DNA of 20,000 nucleotides from an uncultured virus (IMG/VR IMGVR_UViG_3300033463_000098) (lineage: Duplodnaviria > Heunggongvirae > Uroviricota > Caudoviricetes). Shown one piece after another: positions 16,557 through 20,000 of the stretch. Below the pieces are notes generated by a model. The model was not told the DNA's origin. It did not search any database and saw only the letters and a program-made list of their open reading frames with translations. The stretch lies in the IMG/VR virus record IMGVR_UViG_3300033463_000098. One strand, given 5' to 3'. The position numbers were made by a program, and so were the translations under genes. How positions within the stretch are numbered: the first letter of the stretch is position 1; every line of letters begins with the position of its first letter.

Positions 16557-19500
16557 GTGGGAATGAAAGCAATTCGTCCTTATGAGATGTCAGTGTGGAC
16601 TTTAAGGGATAGCTATTTAGCTACCCTTAAGGCCCCTGGCGTTGAGAATAAAGGGCAAATAGAAGAACCAGAATTTTCATTAAAAAATGATGGTACACAA
16701 GAAATTAAATTTAAAATACCAATGTATTATTGGCATAATAATGAATTAGTTGAAAATCCATATTGGTATGATGTTAAACATGGCTTATTAATGACTGGTT
16801 TAAGAAAAATTAAATTAATTTTTAATAAACGAACCAAAGATGAAAAAGTTTTTGAGTTCTTGGTAACTATGGTTGAAGAATTGCATGATACAAATAAATC
16901 ATTATATTGTTCTGTTGCAGCTTCTAGTCTTGTTTTTCAAGAATTAGGAAAACGTGGATATAAAATTTCATTATCATCTGATGATTTTATTCAGGAATAT
17001 AATGATTATTTAGATTTATTAGATGAGACGGAATATACTTCAGAAGAATATGAAGAAGAACTTAAAAACGCGCCTAAAGAAAATATTAATTATTGGTGTG
17101 ATAAATTATTTGAAAATATTGATTGGGATTATTCAATTCAAATGGATTGGACTAATTATGATGGATATTTTTTATATACGATTGGTTCAGAATTAAGTTA
17201 TTTACCTATTGTTGATGTAGCTGTTATTAGTGAAATAGAAGGAAATCAAGTAGTTTTAATGACTAAAGAAGAAATAGATGCAATTTTAAAAGAAGCTGGG
17301 CTAACTCAAAGAACCGCAACGTTAGATAGTCGTTTTATTTCTTATTCTGATTTAACTGAAGAAGAGAAAGAAGCTGTTAATAATTTTCGTGAATCTATAG
17401 GATTGCGGCGAAATGATACAATTTATGAAGATGATTATATTGCTTCTTGGAATGTTAATGCTGATGCTCAAACAGTTACTCCTTCTAGTTATGAGAAATT
17501 TAAAGAAAAATGGCGCCCAGTAGACGCAGAAAAAAGTAATATTTATAATTTGACTCAAACTATTGCTGAAACATTTGGGGTATATTGTAAATATAAATAT
17601 TATTATGATGATAATTATCATATTATTAGAAAAGAAGTTATTTTTTATAATAATTTTATGAAAGAGTTTGACGAAGGTGCAGAATTAACTTATGGTTATG
17701 GATTAAAAAAAGTTAAACGAGTTTTAGATAGCAATGATATTTTTACTAAAATGATAGTTGAAAATGTTGAAGATGCTGATTCTGCGACTGGTTTAATTTC
17801 TATTTTAAATACGCCCGCAAACGCTATGGGAGAAAATTATTTATTAAATTTTGATTATTTATATGAAACAGGTTCTATTACTGAGGATCAATATGAAGCT
17901 GTTGATAGTTTTGAGAAACATATAGGATTTTATAATCAGCAATTAAAAGAACTTGAATCTTTTATTATTAAATATCAAAATGAAATTAATGATTTAAATG
18001 CTTCTATTGCTATATCTAATAATATGGTAACACAAGCGCAAACACAAATAGAGCAGTCATTATCTGCTATTACGGCTTTAACCGGTACTGAAACTGGTTC
18101 TATTACAGCGAGAGGCGTTTTTGCGCGTTTTCAAGAAGATACTGATGGTAATTATTATATAAAAATTACTGAAAAAGGTGTTGTAGCTGATAGCACATTA
18201 GGCGTATATACTAAATATGATTACGCTACTGGTAATAGTAGTAATGAAATTGCATTTCAAAATATAATTTTTGATAGTAATGGTAATATAGAAAAATTAA
18301 CAGGATTTAATATTACAAAAGAACAAGCAAATAGTCTTTATGCTTATTTAACTTATAATTATCGTCCACAATTATATTATGAAAATATAATTAATACATA
18401 TTTATCTATTATGAAAAAGCAGAAACAAGAACTAGAAACAAATGAAGTAGTTCTTGCAGAAATTGAAGGATATTTTAGTAGCGCTGAAGATAATTATGAG
18501 CAATTATTATCAAAAAAGCAAGAATTAATTACAGACTTTGAAAATTTAATGGGGCCAGCTATTCGTGAAGGTAATTGGCAACCAGGTGATTATAAATCAT
18601 TATATTCTTTAGATGTTGTAGATTTTGATTTTTCTAGCGCGGATTTAATACAAGAATTCGGAGATAAAAAAGTTTTATGGGATAATGAATCTTTTGAAGG
18701 AGAATTAGAAGGGTATTATGAAAGCGGTGTTACACAGGATAAGATTTATTATCCTTGTATAAGATTAGATAATATTGAATTATTAAAAGGTATAGAAGAA
18801 AGTTTGAGTCCAGAAGCAGAGGATATATTAAGATATAGTTATGAAGAAATTATTACCCATACCGCAAATTATTTATATGATGATAATACGAATATATATT
18901 CTTATACTGCAGCTGCAATTTTTAGCAGTGCAGAAAGTTCGCAAACTTTTGAAGCTGAATCTATTGAAGCACTAGAAGAACAAATTTTGAATTTTGGCAT
19001 AAAACAATTAACTGGCCAGGAAGATATTAGTAAATGTACTAGTTATGAAATACAAAAAGTAAGAGAACGTTATGGGCTTACTAGATATAATCGAAAATAT
19101 TTTAATTATGGAGATAATTTAAATTTAGGATTTATTAGGAATACCACCACATCAGAAATTATTCCTGTATTTTTCTTGGATACGACAGATATTCCTGAAA
19201 GTGTTGATATTAAATCAAATGGTGAATTTTGTTATCGTCAAGTTGAAGTTACTAATGAAGAGCGTGAAAATAATGTACAGTTATCTACGATAGAAGATTT
19301 ATCTGATATACCAATGTATACTGATTATGCTAATTCTAGAGTGGATGAAAAAATAGTTGAATTATTTAAATTTTCTACTCTCGCGCAACCTAATAATTTA
19401 TTTATTGATAATTATAATGAAAGTGGTTGGGAAGTAGTATACCCTCGTATTTTTATTAATAATTTATCATTAAATGACAATACAATTGAATTATCTTCAT

Positions 19501-20000
19501 TAGTAAACAGCGTGGTTAAGAAATGGAATAAATATGAAGATTATTCTGTTCTTATTCGTGATGATGATTATGTTATTACTTTTGATGCTGAAACTTTATT
19601 ATATAGTTGGATACATGGTAAAGTTAGTGTTGAAGGTGTGAATATAAATGATGTATTCAGTACTAAATTTAATGCGCGTTTGCAAATCTCAAATGCTGAA
19701 TTAAGTATTTATTTAGATGCTATGGAAGTAAGTAAGACTAATGCCTATCCGCAGGCGTCTTATGAAATAGAAATTGCTGAATTAAATGAAGATTTTATTC
19801 ATACAGCTTATAATAGATTAAATCAAATAGTGCATATAAATGACTGGGAATTAAAATTTAAAAATGTTCTTGGTTATATTTCTGAATTAACGCTTGATCT
19901 AGATGAGCCTTGGAAGGATAAAACAGTTATTAGAAATTATAAAACAAAATTTGAAGATTTATTCTCAAAAATTGTAGTTTCATCTCAGCAAATGCAAGCT
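16557..20000 (+). CDS. Tal / baseplate hub (prophage tail endopeptidase-like) protein, 3'-partial (>=1148 aa); absent from ORF track
   Basis: Hand translation finds no stop from GTG 16557 to the window end: MGMKAIRPYEMSVWTLRDSYLATLK...KNDGTQEIKFKIPMY...SNIYNLTQTIAETFGVYCKY...YGYGLKKVKRVLDSNDIFTKMIV...GENYLLNFDY...REGNW...YLDAMEVSKTNAYPQASYEIEI...LNQIVHINDWEL...GYISELTLDLDEPWKDKTVIRNYKTKFEDLFSKI. Motifs and position after Dit fit Gram-positive siphophage Tal proteins. Confidence 0.85.
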   Translation, partial: MGMKAIRPYEMSVWTLRDSYLATLKAPGVENKGQIEEPEFSLKNDGTQEIKFKIPMYYWHNNELVENPYWYDVKHGLLMTGLRKIKLIFNKRTKDEKVFEFLVTMVEELHDTNKSLYCSVAASSLVFQELGKRGYKISLSSDDFIQEYNDYLDLLDETEYTSEEYEEELKNAPKENINYWCDKLFENIDWDYSIQMDWTNYDGYFLYTIGSELSYLPIVDVAVISEIEGNQVVLMTKEEIDAILKEAGLTQRTATLDSRFISYSDLTEEEKEAVNNFRESIGLRRNDTIYEDDYIASWNVNADAQTVTPSSYEKFKEKWRPVDAEKSNIYNLTQTIAETFGVYCKYKYYYDDNYHIIRKEVIFYNNFMKEFDEGAELTYGYGLKKVKRVLDSNDIFTKMIVENVEDADSATGLISILNTPANAMGENYLLNFDYLYETGSITEDQYEAVDSFEKHIGFYNQQLKELESFIIKYQNEINDLNASIAISNNMVTQAQTQIEQSLSAITALTGTETGSITARGVFARFQEDTDGNYYIKITEKGVVADSTLGVYTKYDYATGNSSNEIAFQNIIFDSNGNIEKLTGFNITKEQANSLYAYLTYNYRPQLYYENIINTYLSIMKKQKQELETNEVVLAEIEGYFSSAEDNYEQLLSKKQELITDFENLMGPAIREGNWQPGDYKSLYSLDVVDFDFSSADLIQEFGDKKVLWDNESFEGELEGYYESGVTQDKIYYPCIRLDNIELLKGIEESLSPEAEDILRYSYEEIITHTANYLYDDNTNIYSYTAAAIFSSAESSQTFEAESIEALEEQILNFGIKQLTGQEDISKCTSYEIQKVRERYGLTRYNRKYFNYGDNLNLGFIRNTTTSEIIPVFFLDTTDIPESVDIKSNGEFCYRQVEVTNEERENNVQLSTIEDLSDIPMYTDYANSRVDEKIVELFKFSTLAQPNNLFIDNYNESGWEVVYPRIFINNLSLNDNTIELSSLVNSVVKKWNKYEDYSVLIRDDDYVITFDAETLLYSWIHGKVSVEGVNINDVFSTKFNARLQISNAELSIYLDAMEVSKTNAYPQASYEIEIAELNEDFIHTAYNRLNQIVHINDWELKFKNVLGYISELTLDLDEPWKDKTVIRNYKTKFEDLFSKIVVSSQQMQA

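Noticed and set aside
16103..17621. Minus-strand ORFs 16103-16363 and 17352-17621
   Set aside because: Antisense to Dit and Tal; the poly-Ile start merely mirrors TATTATGATGATAATTAT.
1..20000. Stop-codon reassignment (TAG/TGA recoding) as in some gut phages
   Set aside because: The genes are intact under the standard code and both visible stops are TAA; no in-frame TAG/TGA needs explaining.

Overview
AT-rich (~30% GC by eye), almost fully coding + strand segment of the tail module of a large non-contractile-tailed (siphovirus-type) phage or prophage, probably of a low-GC Gram-positive host (AGGAGG Shine-Dalgarno sites, TMP-Dit-Tal gene order). It holds three genes: (1) a giant TP901-family tape measure protein (TMP) whose frame is already open at the window start (>=5005 aa); (2) an enlarged 503-aa distal tail (Dit)-like protein; (3) a Tal/baseplate-hub-like protein missing from the ORF track because it runs off the 3' end (GTG at 16557, >=1148 codons, translated by hand with no stop). 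No RNA genes, CRISPR arrays, mobile elements or terminators were seen. The main points of interest are the extreme size and mosaic build of the TMP (several repeat families, an EF-hand-like loop, duplicated C-terminal motifs, a poly-Lys SH3-like module), large insertions in Dit and Tal, all three genes sharing one reading frame, and an apparent GCGC/CGCG excess. Family calls come from motif recognition and synteny, not database searches. I found no separate novel system beyond this unusual tail machinery.
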